Source: Candidatus Latescibacterota bacterium (lineage in GTDB: Bacteria; Latescibacterota; UBA2968; UBA8231). Taken from it: a stretch of DNA of 64,000 bases. Positions 18,230 through 28,417 of the stretch are shown in pieces. Numbering within the stretch: position 1 is the first letter of the stretch; each line of letters opens with the position of its first letter. The stretch is taken from the NCBI GenBank assembly GCA_965242865.1, contig CBDETK010000013.1, positions 2,240,001-2,304,000 of the forward strand. Reading direction: 5' to 3'. The position numbers and the translations under genes were made by a program. The notes under the pieces were generated by a model, which was given only the letters and a program-made list of their open reading frames with translations, searched no databases and was not told where the DNA came from.

Positions 18230-19132
18230 TCAAACGGTGAGTCTTTCGATGCGGGCGACGAGTTCGGCCGACAAGGAGCGGCCATCGGAAACGGCCGCGG
18301 AGGCTTCGAGTTCGTCTAGGGTGGCCGCCCCGGTGAGCAGCACGGAGACTTGGGGATCCGACAGCAAGTAGCGCAGCCCGTGGTCGGGCAGGTCGCCGGG
18401 CTCGCCGGCGAGCAGGGCTTCGACTTTTTCGAGTTTGGGGTACAGCTCGGCAAAGCGCCCCAGCTCCTGCCAAGCGGCGCGCTTGGAACCAAGCAGGCCG
18501 GCGTGCAGCGGCGAGGCGAGGACGACGGCCACATCGCGGGCGGCCGCGGTGGGCAGCAGGAGCTCCTTGGCCGTCTGCACCAGCAAGTCGTATTGGAGAA
18601 AGGTGACCACCGAGACGAAGGCGTCGGACTCGGCGAGCACATCGCGCATGAGCACCAAGTCCGAGCCAGTTAGGCCGATGTGGGTGGCCAAGCCTTGCTC
18701 GCGAATTTCGAGCATAGTCTCTAAGGCGCGCCCTGGGCCGAATATCCCCTCCCAACCGGCCTGCTCGGCCTCGTGGAGCTGCAACAGATCGACCGAGTCG
18801 CGCTGCAAGCGCGTGAGACTGCCCTCAAGCCCCTGCCACACAGCGTCGTACGTGTAGTCGAAAGGCGCGGGATAATAGCCGACCTTGGTCGCCAGATAAT
18901 GGGGCGCGTCAACGCCTTTGAGGGCGTGGCCGAGGACCTTTTCGCTGCGGCCTTGGCCGTAGAGCGGGGCCGTGTCAAAGTAGTTGATGCCGAGTTCGAG
19001 GGCGCGCTCGACCATGGCGACGCCGTGCGCCACCGGCAAGAGGCCGTATTCCGGGCGTCCGTAAAACCAAGACCCGCCCAAGGCGATTTCGCTGACCTGC
19101 CAATTTGTTTTGCCGAATCGTCGGTATCGCAT
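18230..19132 (-). CDS. Aldo/keto reductase
   Basis: GINYFDTAPLYGQGRSE, ATKVG, SLTRLQRDSVDLLQLH. Confidence 0.92.
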   Translation of the reverse strand: MRYRRFGKTNWQVSEIALGGSWFYGRPEYGLLPVAHGVAMVERALELGINYFDTAPLYGQGRSEKVLGHALKGVDAPHYLATKVGYYPAPFDYTYDAVWQGLEGSLTRLQRDSVDLLQLHEAEQAGWEGIFGPGRALETMLEIREQGLATHIGLTGSDLVLMRDVLAESDAFVSVVTFLQYDLLVQTAKELLLPTAAARDVAVVLASPLHAGLLGSKRAAWQELGRFAELYPKLEKVEALLAGEPGDLPDHGLRYLLSDPQVSVLLTGAATLDELEASAAVSDGRSLSAELVARIERLTV

Positions 19133-19219
19133 GGGCACTCCGCTGTTGGGGGCTAAGGGGACGGAGTAACTTAGACACAGCGACGGCTGATTTCAATTCC
19201 CAATTTTTTGGAGGCCACC

Positions 19220-20008
19220 ATGCACTACAGCTATATGGTAATCGACTTTGCGGATCTCGGGGGCGATTTCGCCGCCGGATTGAGCTTCATCCGGGACTGC
19301 GGGTACGCTGGCGTCGAGCTGAACCTGACGCCAGCGGTCCTCGGCCAATTAGACGCGATTGAACGTGCGGTCGAGGCGCGTGGCTTGGTGGTGCCGTCGC
19401 TGTTGACCGGAGCGGCCTATGCCGAGGGGCTGTGCTTGAGCGCGGCCGACCCGCGCCGCCGCGCCAGCGCGGTCGCTCGGCTGCGGGAGTACCTGCCGAT
19501 TGCCCAGCGATTTAACGCCCTCCTCGTGGTCGGGCTTTTGCAGGGCTTGCGCACGGACGAGGCCGACGCCGAAGTGGCCAACGAGCGGATTGCGGCCGGC
19601 CTGCGCGAAGTGGGGTTGGCCGCGCAAGCCGCTGGCGTGGACTTGGTCGTTGAGCCGATCAATCACCTGCAAGTGGGGTTTAACCATTCTGTGGGCGAGG
19701 TGTGCGCTCTGATCGAGCGCATTGGCTCCCCAGCTTTTGGGCCGATGGTCGATACGATCCACATGAACATTGAGGAAAAGTCCTTGACCCAACCCATTTT
19801 CGCCTGCCGCAACGCGCTGCGGCACGTCCACTTGTGCGAGAGCAATGGCGGCGTCCTCGGCAGCGGCCACCTCGACTTCAAGGCCGTGCTCGCCGCCTTA
19901 GACGCCATCGGGTACGCGGGTTTTGCCTCGGTCAAGATCTATCGCCAAGCCCGGTTGCGCGAAGCCGCGCCCGCCAGCTTGGCGTACTTGCGCACACTAA
20001 GCGGCTAG
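19220..20008 (+). CDS. Sugar phosphate isomerase/epimerase (xylose-isomerase-like TIM barrel, IolO / ketose 3-epimerase-like)
   Basis: VEPINH, DTIHMNIEE, HVHLCESN..LGSGHLDF; RBS GGAGG. Confidence 0.85.
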   Translation: MHYSYMVIDFADLGGDFAAGLSFIRDCGYAGVELNLTPAVLGQLDAIERAVEARGLVVPSLLTGAAYAEGLCLSAADPRRRASAVARLREYLPIAQRFNALLVVGLLQGLRTDEADAEVANERIAAGLREVGLAAQAAGVDLVVEPINHLQVGFNHSVGEVCALIERIGSPAFGPMVDTIHMNIEEKSLTQPIFACRNALRHVHLCESNGGVLGSGHLDFKAVLAALDAIGYAGFASVKIYRQARLREAAPASLAYLRTLSG

Positions 20009-20370
20009 CGGGCCGCCCAATACCCGACGAATACGGCGGGAATCCCCAGCACCATCTGTAGCCCAAGGTGGACTAGAGCGGCTGGCACCTGCCCCGCGCG
20101 CAGTATCTGCGCGGTCTCGTAGGCCACGGAGGAAAAGGTGGTGAAGCCGCCGAGGAGGCCGACGAAGAGAAACAGCCGGAGCGGGAGGCTTAGGTATTGA
20201 CGCTCTTCGGCCCAACCGCCCAAAAAGCCGATGAGCAGGCAGCCGACCACGTTGACCACGAGGGAGCCGTAGAGCGGGGTGCCCAACAGACGCTGCACCC
20301 CCATCGAGACCAAGTAGCGCAGCACGGCCCCAATAAAGCCGCCGCAACCCACCAGTAAAATGCGTTCCAT
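20005..20370 (-). CDS. crcB: Fluoride channel CrcB/FluC
   Basis: GGFIGAVLRY, NVVGCLLIG, GLLGGFTTFS; 121 aa. Confidence 0.95.
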   Translation of the reverse strand: MERILLVGCGGFIGAVLRYLVSMGVQRLLGTPLYGSLVVNVVGCLLIGFLGGWAEERQYLSLPLRLFLFVGLLGGFTTFSSVAYETAQILRAGQVPAALVHLGLQMVLGIPAVFVGYWAAR

Positions 20371-20490
20371 GACGTGCTAACAACGGCATCGCCCGATGCG
20401 CGGGCAAGATCTATAGATCGTCTGGAGAGGCGTCGGGAATTTGGGTTTTTTCATCAACGCAATCTCACTTACGCGCCGAGGAGGCCAACC

Positions 20491-21723
20491 GTGAAAATCA
20501 CCGACATCGACATCATTCCGGCGCACGTGCCGCTCGCCGCTCGCAACGCCGAGCACGCCGTGCGCTTCCGCTCAATTGACCAGCGCACCTTTTTCAAGGT
20601 CCAAACCGACAACGGCTTGGTGGGCTGGGGCGAGTATCGCTGCATGCCGCCGCCCGCCCAGAGCGTGGAGGGCCTGATCGGTTACAGTCCCTTTGACTTT
20701 TTGGGCCGCGATGTCCACCTCGGCTTGGCCGGGGCCCTGTACGACGTGATGGGCCAGTACCTCGAAGTGCCGGCCTACAAGCTAATGGGCCCCAAAGTGC
20801 GCGACCGCGTGCCGGTGGCGGCTTGGACTCGGCCCGCCGATCCCGAGGCACTGAGCCGCGAAATCCGCCGCGCCGCCGACCAAGGCTATCGGCTGTTCAA
20901 GATGCACACGTGCCAGCACTACGATGTGTTTGAGCAAAACCGAGCGGTAGAGGACGTGGCGCCCGCAGGCTTCAAGATGCAGTACGACTTCAATGCCAAC
21001 CGCACCTTGGCCACCGTGCTCCCCCTCGTCAAACAACTCGAAAAATCGCCCGTAGTAGGCTATATCGAGGATCCCTTGGTGCTGAGTGATGTAGAAGGCT
21101 GGCGACGGCTCCGCGCCCAATGCGGCGTACCGCTGGTCATGCACGTGCCGCCGCTGGGCGGGTTGCAGGAGGTCGTGCAGGGGATGGCCGATGCGTATAT
21201 CGTGGCCGAATACTGCGGCGGGTTTGGCGACGCGCTGGTGCGCGGCTTGGCTTACGGCAAAGCCAATGTGCAAGTGATAGTGCAGCTAACCGGGGGCACC
21301 TTGGCCAAGGCGTTGGCCCTGCACTTGGCGGCCGTGCTGCCCACGGCTGCTCACTCGATCAACCTCGACGACCAGTACGAGGAGGACGCGGCCCGGCAGC
21401 GCATTGAGATCGTCGAGGGCTGTTCGCCCGTGCCCGAGGGGCCGGGCCTTGGCGTGGAGGTGGATGAAGCGGTCATCGTGCGCTTGGCGCAGCGCGGCCC
21501 AGCGGAGATTCCCCGGCACTTGGGCAAGCTGCGCCTGCCAGACGGGCACGTGCTCTACACGGCCGGCATCCCGCCGCTCGATGCGTTGACCGGCTTTGCC
21601 GAGGGAACCATCCGGGGCTTGTCCTTTGCGGTGTGGAACGACGATGGGTCCGAGGAATTCGCCCGTCTGTACGAGCGGGTGGAAGCGGAAGGGGCGGTGC
21701 TGGCGTCTCAGCCCCGCAGTTGA
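20491..21723 (+). CDS. Mandelate racemase/muconate lactonizing enzyme family protein (enolase superfamily)
   Basis: GTG start after GAGGAGG; TDNGLVGWGE, ALYDVMGQ, YDFN, IEDP, GPGLGVEVD. Confidence 0.87.
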   Translation: MKITDIDIIPAHVPLAARNAEHAVRFRSIDQRTFFKVQTDNGLVGWGEYRCMPPPAQSVEGLIGYSPFDFLGRDVHLGLAGALYDVMGQYLEVPAYKLMGPKVRDRVPVAAWTRPADPEALSREIRRAADQGYRLFKMHTCQHYDVFEQNRAVEDVAPAGFKMQYDFNANRTLATVLPLVKQLEKSPVVGYIEDPLVLSDVEGWRRLRAQCGVPLVMHVPPLGGLQEVVQGMADAYIVAEYCGGFGDALVRGLAYGKANVQVIVQLTGGTLAKALALHLAAVLPTAAHSINLDDQYEEDAARQRIEIVEGCSPVPEGPGLGVEVDEAVIVRLAQRGPAEIPRHLGKLRLPDGHVLYTAGIPPLDALTGFAEGTIRGLSFAVWNDDGSEEFARLYERVEAEGAVLASQPRS

Positions 21724-23168
21724 TCGGCGAGGGCTTGGTGCGCTTGCGCGCCAACGGCGAGCAGGAAGGTGTCGAGCGGAAGAGTGCCCATTCCGCTGGC
21801 ATCGGGGTGGCGGACCGCCGCTTGGGGTGCGACGAGATAGCTGTGTCCGCGGAAGTGCTCGTGCCGTTCCATCAAGGCGCGGAGGCCCGAACGCGAGTGG
21901 TGGGTTGAAGTGCCGATCTCAAAGGCCAGCGGCTGGTGCGGATCCCCCCAAATTAGGTCCACCTCGCGGGTGCTAGCGCGCCAGTGGTGGAGCCGCAGGC
22001 CGGCGTGCATGCTCAAGGTGTGGAGCGACGACGCAACGACGTTTTCGATGAGGGAGCCCATCTCCCCGGGATCGTCGAGCGGGGCGAGGCCGCGTTGCAG
22101 GGCCGCGTTGCGAACCGCCCCATCGACGAAGTACAGCTTGCGGCCCCGACGTTGAATCCCCACCTCGCGTCCAACGTAATTCGGCAGGGTGAAGACGAGA
22201 AAGGCCCGCTCTAGATACGAGAGATAGCGGTCAAAAGTCGGCTGGGACAGGTCGAGATCATTGCTGATGTTCGACGGCGACAGGAGACCGGCAATCTGTC
22301 CGGCCAGCACGTACAAAATGCGCTCCAGCATCATCGGGTTATGGACCCCAAATGACTGGGGGATGTCCTTGTAAATGGTCCGCTCTACGGCGTCGCTACG
22401 GAGAACCCGTTGCGACGCCAGCAGCAGATTCGATTCGTCCGGCTGTTCGTCGCGGTGCTGGCGGACGAGCAGTTCGGGAAAGCCGCCGACGAATAGGAAG
22501 ATGCGACGCCACCGGCCAAGGGCCGCATCGGCTGGCCGACCGGGGGGCAAGGCGCGCAGCGTTTGGCCGAGGGTGCGCTCGACCACGATCTCGGGTTGCG
22601 ACCCTATCAGGTGGAGGAATTCGTCGAACAAGTAGGGCATCAGGTACTGTTCCTCCCAGCGCCCGACTCCGCTTTCGACCCGGCGCTCTTTCAGGGCGGC
22701 GGTAGCACTCGAAGTGGCTGCAATCCGCACCGGCCACCGTTCGTCGTAGAAGGTCTTGAGCCACAGGTCCCAGTCCGCCGCGTACACGAGTTCGTCGAGC
22801 ATTAGGTAGATAGGGCAGTCGGCGGTGGCAGCACTCGCGTTCAATATCTCCCGCACGAGCTCGTCGAGCGGTAACTGAAAGAGGAGCGGGTGATCCATGT
22901 GCAACCACCAGACTCGCTGCGGCTCAACGCGCTTTAGCAGGTGGCGGACGGTCTGATAGAGCACGGTGGTCTTGCCCACCCGACGCGGCCCGAGCACGAG
23001 TTGGTAGCGCAGCGGGTCGTCGCGTAAGAGCCGCTGCCACAGCAACTGCGCTAGCGGGCGCTCCACTGGCGGGGCCAGCGATGGCGGTACGGCCCCTTGG
23101 CTATGCCACGGGTTTTGTTCGGTAAAGACGTGCTCAAAGTCGGAGAAGCGCGGGGTCCAAGCGGCCAC
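21708..23168 (-). CDS. ATP-binding protein (AAA_14 plus DUF4143)
   Basis: QNPW, Walker A GPRRVGKT, Walker B LMLDE, RKLYFVDG, ENVV, EVDL. GTG start after AAGAGG. Confidence 0.85.
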   Translation of the reverse strand: MAAWTPRFSDFEHVFTEQNPWHSQGAVPPSLAPPVERPLAQLLWQRLLRDDPLRYQLVLGPRRVGKTTVLYQTVRHLLKRVEPQRVWWLHMDHPLLFQLPLDELVREILNASAATADCPIYLMLDELVYAADWDLWLKTFYDERWPVRIAATSSATAALKERRVESGVGRWEEQYLMPYLFDEFLHLIGSQPEIVVERTLGQTLRALPPGRPADAALGRWRRIFLFVGGFPELLVRQHRDEQPDESNLLLASQRVLRSDAVERTIYKDIPQSFGVHNPMMLERILYVLAGQIAGLLSPSNISNDLDLSQPTFDRYLSYLERAFLVFTLPNYVGREVGIQRRGRKLYFVDGAVRNAALQRGLAPLDDPGEMGSLIENVVASSLHTLSMHAGLRLHHWRASTREVDLIWGDPHQPLAFEIGTSTHHSRSGLRALMERHEHFRGHSYLVAPQAAVRHPDASGMGTLPLDTFLLAVGAQAHQALADQLRG

Positions 23169-23208
23169 GTTAAACCTCTTGCGGTGACTACTGTGATGCT
23201 TATTCAGC

Positions 23209-23249
23209 AAATAACATACATGAGATATATGTTATTTAGTAAATAACAT
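23209..23249. promoter_or_regulatory. Three alternating AAATAACAT boxes, putative operator
   Basis: AAATAACATA-N9-TATGTTATTT-AGT-AAATAACAT upstream of the AAA_14 gene. Confidence 0.5.
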
Positions 23250-23293
23250 TCACCTGTCTCGCTTTCACAAATCCCTGAGCCGGGAGCGATGGG

Positions 23294-24808
23294 CTACAAA
23301 ACGCCTACGCGCTCGCTCTCGGCATCTTCCAACGCGTTCTGAGCGGCCACGAGATTGAGCTGGCTCACTTCCTCGGGCGTCAGTTCCGGCAACCGCTCCA
23401 CCAGCCCCAGAAAACGCTCCACCTCGGCTGGCTCTACGACTCCTTCGGTCAAGGCGGCCAGCTTGCGGATGTAGTCCGGCCGCGCAAAGGGCCGGTTGCC
23501 GAGGGAGTGGGCGTTGGGGTTGTCGAGGCGTTCGGCGAGCTGAGTGCCGTCGGCGAGGCGGACCACGACTTGGGCCCCGAACTTCTTGTGCGCGGGGTCT
23601 GGATGGTGATAGGCTCGAGTCCACTCGGCGACTTCCTCGGTGCGGATCTTGTGCCACAGCGCGACCGTCGAAGGGCGGTGCGCGCGCTCCGAAGTATAGG
23701 AATGCACGTGGTGCCAAGTGCCGTCCTCCCAAGCGACCGCGAGGATGTACATGGCGCTGTGGTCGAGGGTCTCGCGCGAGGCGTCTGGGTCCATTTTCTC
23801 TGGATCGTTGGCTCCCGCGCCAATGACGTAGTGGGTGTGGTGGCTGGTGCGGATCACTACGTCTTCTACTTGGCCCAACTCTATACGGCGAGCGTGGAGC
23901 CGGAAGCCGAGGTCAATTAGGGCTTGGGCTTGGTACTCGGCCGAGTGTTCCTTGGTGTAGGAGCGCAGGATGGCGCGCATCCGCTCGCCGGGAGCGGGCA
24001 GGGGAACGCGGTATTCGGCGTCCGGCCCGGACAGCATCCAAGCGATGACGGCGTCGCGGCCCTCGTAGATGGGCGACGGCGCCCGCTCGCCGAGGCGCGC
24101 CCGGCCCACCGCTTCGATGGCGATCTTGTTGGCTTGGGCTGGGGCGTAGGCTTTCCAAGAGGTGATGTCGCCTTTGCGCGATTGGCGGGTGGCGCAGGCT
24201 AGGTGCAGGCTCTGATTGATGGCTTGGTAGATTTGCGTAGCTGGCATCTGGAGCATAGTCCCCAGCCCGGCGGCCACGGCCGGAGCGAGGTGGGCGACGT
24301 GGTCGATCTTGTGCTCGTGTAGGCAAATGCCCGTCACCAGCGCCATCTGCACCTCATAAGCCGTGAGTATGCCCAAGGTCAGGGCCCGGCCCTCGGCGGC
24401 CGTTTGCTGGGCGGCCGCGAGCAAGCCGGGGATGGTGTCGCCGGGGTGCGAGTAGTCGGCCGCGAGATAGGTGTCGTGCATGTCGAGTTCGCGCACGGCA
24501 ACCCCGTTGGCCAGGGCAGCCCACTCGCAGTGGAAGCTGCGGGCGTTGGCCACGCCAAAGAGGCGACCCCCGCTGTGGCGGGGATGGGGATACCCCAAGG
24601 CGAGGAGGCGGGCGTTGCACACCGACGGGCGGTTGATCGCGGCGAGGGCGACCGCGGCGTTGTCGATGACGCGATTGCCGATCATCTCGGCGACATCCGC
24701 GTCGAACGCTCGATTGTGGGCGGCGAGTTGGGCCAGCTTCCAAGCCAATTGCTCTTCGCGCGGGAGGACCGCTCCCTCGCGGTGGGTTTTGACGCTGTGG
24801 TGTTGCAT
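23294..24808 (-). CDS. prpD: MmgE/PrpD family protein (2-methylcitrate dehydratase)
   Basis: VRELDMHDTYLAADYSHPGD, IDHVAH, RKGDITSWKA, YTKEHSAEYQAQ. Confidence 0.88.
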   Translation of the reverse strand: MQHHSVKTHREGAVLPREEQLAWKLAQLAAHNRAFDADVAEMIGNRVIDNAAVALAAINRPSVCNARLLALGYPHPRHSGGRLFGVANARSFHCEWAALANGVAVRELDMHDTYLAADYSHPGDTIPGLLAAAQQTAAEGRALTLGILTAYEVQMALVTGICLHEHKIDHVAHLAPAVAAGLGTMLQMPATQIYQAINQSLHLACATRQSRKGDITSWKAYAPAQANKIAIEAVGRARLGERAPSPIYEGRDAVIAWMLSGPDAEYRVPLPAPGERMRAILRSYTKEHSAEYQAQALIDLGFRLHARRIELGQVEDVVIRTSHHTHYVIGAGANDPEKMDPDASRETLDHSAMYILAVAWEDGTWHHVHSYTSERAHRPSTVALWHKIRTEEVAEWTRAYHHPDPAHKKFGAQVVVRLADGTQLAERLDNPNAHSLGNRPFARPDYIRKLAALTEGVVEPAEVERFLGLVERLPELTPEEVSQLNLVAAQNALEDAESERVGVL

Positions 24809-24989
24809 GACTTACTTCCGTGAGTGATTAGTGAGGTTGAGAAGGACCATATAATAGGGCCTGTGGCCGCGGACGGACAATTACAAGAAAAGGAGCACGA
24901 TGAATGGACAACGTGCTGATCACGTCGATTAAGCCAACGTCGTTTCCAATCTATGTTTTCGTTCTATCCAGTTGCAGATGGCCTTATCT

Positions 24990-25193
24990 TCAAGCGATAT
25001 TTCCGGCCGAGGTAAATTTAGCGATCCTCATTGTTTGGCCGATCATTTCGTCCATCTGTTCCGACGATAAATCAATGCCATGCACCTCTTTTACCACATC
25101 GTAAAAGAAATCGTCCATCGCGTTTTTTGCGGCATTCTGCGCGTTGCTATCGCGGATAGATTCGGGCACATCGTCGCGTTGTGAATTTGCCAC
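24990..25193 (-). CDS. Small acidic hypothetical protein
   Basis: 67-aa ORF with protein-like composition and a purine-rich leader; no recognised motif. Confidence 0.4.
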   Translation of the reverse strand: MANSQRDDVPESIRDSNAQNAAKNAMDDFFYDVVKEVHGIDLSSEQMDEMIGQTMRIAKFTSAGNIA

Positions 25194-25313
25194 TCGCCTA
25201 TCCCTATCTTCGATTAAGTGGACGAATGTTCAGCCCTCCTCTTGGGGCCAAGTAAAAGTGCGCCACGATAGAGGGCAGTAATCATGAAAACCATGCATTT
25301 TGAGGATATCGCC

Positions 25314-25997
25314 ATGAAAGAGCAAAACGAGGACGTGCTGGCCCAAGCCCGGCGCTATCTGTCCGATTTAGTGGCCTTTGAAGGGACTCAATTCACCGCA
25401 CCGGAGTCGGCTGCGGAGCACAACGAGGAGGAACCAATGGTCGGTACTTTAGAAGCCTTTCGCCGCCAGATTTGCGATTGCACCCGCTGTCGGCTGGGCT
25501 CGACGCGACAACAGTTCGTGTTTGGCAGCGGCGATCCAGCGGCCGGCATCCTGTTCATCGGCGAGGCCCCAGGGGCCGAGGAAGACCGCGCCGGCCAGCC
25601 CTTTGTGGGGAAAGCCGGTCAACTGCTGACCAAGATCATCGAAGCCATGGGCCTAGCCCGCGACGAGGTCTATATCTGCAACATACTCAAGTGCCGCCCC
25701 CCGAATAACCGCGACCCCCAGCCCGATGAGATCGAGCAGTGCGAGCCGTATCTCAAGCGGCAGATCGAAATCGTCCAGCCCCGCGTCATCTGCACCTTGG
25801 GCCGGTTTGCCGCGCAAACCCTGCTCCGCAGCCGCGAGCCCATGGGGCGGTTGCGCGGCCAGTCCCACCACTACGAGGGCATCCCCTTGGTGGCCACGTA
25901 TCACCCGGCGGCCCTCTTGCGCAACCCCCAGTGGAAGCGCCCGACTTGGGAGGACATCAAGCGGGTGCGGAAGCTCTACGACGGAGTTGAGTTGTGA
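25314..25997 (+). CDS. Uracil-DNA glycosylase family 4 ([4Fe-4S])
   Basis: [37 protein letters not shown]. Confidence 0.93.
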   Translation: MKEQNEDVLAQARRYLSDLVAFEGTQFTAPESAAEHNEEEPMVGTLEAFRRQICDCTRCRLGSTRQQFVFGSGDPAAGILFIGEAPGAEEDRAGQPFVGKAGQLLTKIIEAMGLARDEVYICNILKCRPPNNRDPQPDEIEQCEPYLKRQIEIVQPRVICTLGRFAAQTLLRSREPMGRLRGQSHHYEGIPLVATYHPAALLRNPQWKRPTWEDIKRVRKLYDGVEL

Positions 25998-26016
25998 AAT
26001 TTTTTGGAGCGGAACC

Positions 26017-27399
26017 ATGACCCAGAGTCCAACACCGGCGCCGGATCTCGGGCGAGTGCCGCCGCAGGCCGTAGAGGTTGAGCAGGCCGTGCTCGGGGCG
26101 ATGATGCTGGAGCAGCGAGCCCTCAGCCGCGCCTTTGAAATCCTCGACAAAAGCTGTTTCTACCACGCCCCGCACAGTCGGATATTTGAGGCCATGAACA
26201 CCCTGTTTGAGCAGGGCACGGCCGTTGATCAGCTCACCCTGACCGAAGAGCTCAAGCGCCGCGGCCAGCTCGACGAGGTCGGCGGGGTCGTCTATCTGGC
26301 TAAGCTGGGGTCTGAGGTGGCTACGGCGGCCAACATTGACTTTCACGCACGCATAGTCTTTGAAAAGGCACTAAGCCGCAAGTTGATCGAAGCCGCCAGC
26401 GAGATCAGCGAGCGGGCGTACGCGGCCGACGAGGACGTCCAGACCCAGCTCGACAAGGCCGAGCAGCAGCTTTTCAGCCTGAGCGAAAACCAAATCGGCG
26501 AGGGCTTTGAGCCGCTGGAAAAGGTGATGGGCGACGCGTTCGAGCACATTGAGCGCATCCACGCCAAGACGGATACGGTCTTGGGCGTGGATACGGGCTT
26601 TGCCAATCTCAACGACCTGACATCGGGCTTTCAGAAGGGCGACCTGATCATTCTCGCGGCGCGGCCCAGCGTGGGCAAGACGGCCCTCGCGCTGACGCTG
26701 GGCCGCAACGCGGCCGTAGAAGCCGAAGTCGGGGTGGCGATTTTCAGTTTGGAAATGTCTAAGATGCAACTGGCCCAGCGCCTGCTCAGCGCGGAGACCA
26801 AGGTCGATTTGCACCGGCTCCGCACCGGCCGGCTGAGCGACGAAGACTGGATGCACCTAACGCGCAATATCGACCGCTTGGCCCAAGCCCCGATTTACAT
26901 CGACGACACGCCGGGGATTTCCGTGCTTGAAGCGCGGGCCAAGGCGCGGCGTCTGCAGCGCGAGTACGGGATTGGCATGGTCGTGATCGACTATCTCCAG
27001 CTCATGAGCGGTCATCTTAGGACCCAAAGCCGCGAGCAGGAGATTTCCCAGATCTCGCGCGGCCTCAAGGCCATGGCGAAAGAATTGGATGTGCCGGTCT
27101 TGGCCTTGTCGCAGTTGTCGCGCGCGGTAGAAAGCCGCACCGACCGGCGGCCACAGCTTTCGGATTTGCGGGAATCGGGCAGCTTGGAGCAAGACGCCGA
27201 TGTGGTGATGTTCATCTATCGCCCGGAAATGTACGGGCTCAAGTCCCCGGATGGCGAGAGCCTCGAAGGCATTGCCCACATCATCGTTGGCAAGCAGCGC
27301 AACGGCCCGGTTGACGAGGTGGAACTGATGTGGAACAAGGACAGTGCCTCGTATGAGATGCTGGCCCCTGAATGGCGGACGGAGCCGGAAGAATATTAG
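26017..27399 (+). CDS. dnaB: Replicative DNA helicase
   Basis: EQAVLG, AARPSVGKT, FSLEM, IDYLQL, LSQLSR, DLRESGSLEQDAD, KQRNGP. Confidence 0.97.
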   Translation: MTQSPTPAPDLGRVPPQAVEVEQAVLGAMMLEQRALSRAFEILDKSCFYHAPHSRIFEAMNTLFEQGTAVDQLTLTEELKRRGQLDEVGGVVYLAKLGSEVATAANIDFHARIVFEKALSRKLIEAASEISERAYAADEDVQTQLDKAEQQLFSLSENQIGEGFEPLEKVMGDAFEHIERIHAKTDTVLGVDTGFANLNDLTSGFQKGDLIILAARPSVGKTALALTLGRNAAVEAEVGVAIFSLEMSKMQLAQRLLSAETKVDLHRLRTGRLSDEDWMHLTRNIDRLAQAPIYIDDTPGISVLEARAKARRLQREYGIGMVVIDYLQLMSGHLRTQSREQEISQISRGLKAMAKELDVPVLALSQLSRAVESRTDRRPQLSDLRESGSLEQDADVVMFIYRPEMYGLKSPDGESLEGIAHIIVGKQRNGPVDEVELMWNKDSASYEMLAPEWRTEPEEY

Positions 27400-27405
27400 G
27401 CGGCC

Positions 27406-28401
27406 ATGTTCATCGACGAAGTGACTATCGCAGTGGAGTCGGGCCATGGCGGCCGCGGCTGCTGTTCGTTTCGGCGCGAGAAGTACGTGCCCCGGGGCGG
27501 GCCGGATGGCGGCGACGGCGGCGACGGCGGCGATGTGATCTTTCGCGTCGATGCCCAGCTAAACACGCTGCGCGATTTTCGCTACCAACGCCACCTCCGC
27601 GCCGGCCGCGGGGCCCACGGCGAGGGCAAGGGCAAGACCGGCCGACGCGGCGAGCACGCGATTATCTGTGTGCCGCCAGGCACCATCTTGCGCGACGAAA
27701 AGGGCGCGCTGATCTGCGACATGGTCGAGGACGGGCAAGAGTTGGTGCTGCTGGCCGGTGGGCGCGGGGGCCGCGGCAATGCCCGCTTTGCCACGGCGCG
27801 CATGCAGGCCCCGCGGCGGGCCGACCCCGGGCGAGAAGGGGCGCAAACGGTGGTGCGACTAGAGCTAAAGTTGCTGGCGGATGTAGGGCTGGTGGGCTTT
27901 CCCAACGCGGGCAAATCCACGCTGCTGGCGCGGCTTTCGGCGGCCCGTCCCAAAATTGCCGACTATCCCTTTACGACCTTGGAGCCGAACCTGGGGATTG
28001 TGCAATGGGCCGAGGGCGAGAGCTTTGTGTTGGCCGACTTGCCTGGGCTGATCGAGGGTGCTCACGCGGGCAAGGGCTTGGGGACGCGGTTTTTGCGCCA
28101 CATTGAGCGCACCCGCATCCTGCTGTTTGCCATTGATTGCACCAGCCCGGACCTGCGTGGCGAGCTGGAGGCCCTCCGCCGCGAGTTGGAGTTTTTCGAC
28201 GCTGGGATGCAGCACAAGCCGGCTGGCATCGCCCTGACCAAGGCCGACCTATTAGGGCCGGACGCGGACTTCAAAGACCCATTCGCCGACCTGCGTGCGC
28301 CGCGGTTTTTGGTGTCGGCCGTCAGCGGTCGTGGGGTGCCTGAGATGGTGCGCGACTTGGGACAGGCGGTGAAGAAATTGCGTACCAGCGAAGTGGGGTA
28401 A
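27406..28401 (+). CDS. obgE: GTPase ObgE/CgtA
   Basis: FRREKYVPRGGPDGGDGG, GFPNAGKST, YPFTT, DLPG, TKAD. Confidence 0.97.
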   Translation: MFIDEVTIAVESGHGGRGCCSFRREKYVPRGGPDGGDGGDGGDVIFRVDAQLNTLRDFRYQRHLRAGRGAHGEGKGKTGRRGEHAIICVPPGTILRDEKGALICDMVEDGQELVLLAGGRGGRGNARFATARMQAPRRADPGREGAQTVVRLELKLLADVGLVGFPNAGKSTLLARLSAARPKIADYPFTTLEPNLGIVQWAEGESFVLADLPGLIEGAHAGKGLGTRFLRHIERTRILLFAIDCTSPDLRGELEALRRELEFFDAGMQHKPAGIALTKADLLGPDADFKDPFADLRAPRFLVSAVSGRGVPEMVRDLGQAVKKLRTSEVG

Positions 28402-28417
28402 AAATAAACAGCACAAT

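Noticed and set aside
20371-20490. Fluoride riboswitch upstream of crcB
   Set aside because: GGCGATG is present, but I cannot find the rest of the consensus (paired stem and downstream pseudoknot segment). An Infernal search with the Rfam fluoride riboswitch model would settle it.
25726-26016. N-terminal extension or intein in DnaB
   Set aside because: The extension overlaps udg in another frame. The ATG at 26017 gives a normal 460-aa DnaB with no intein.
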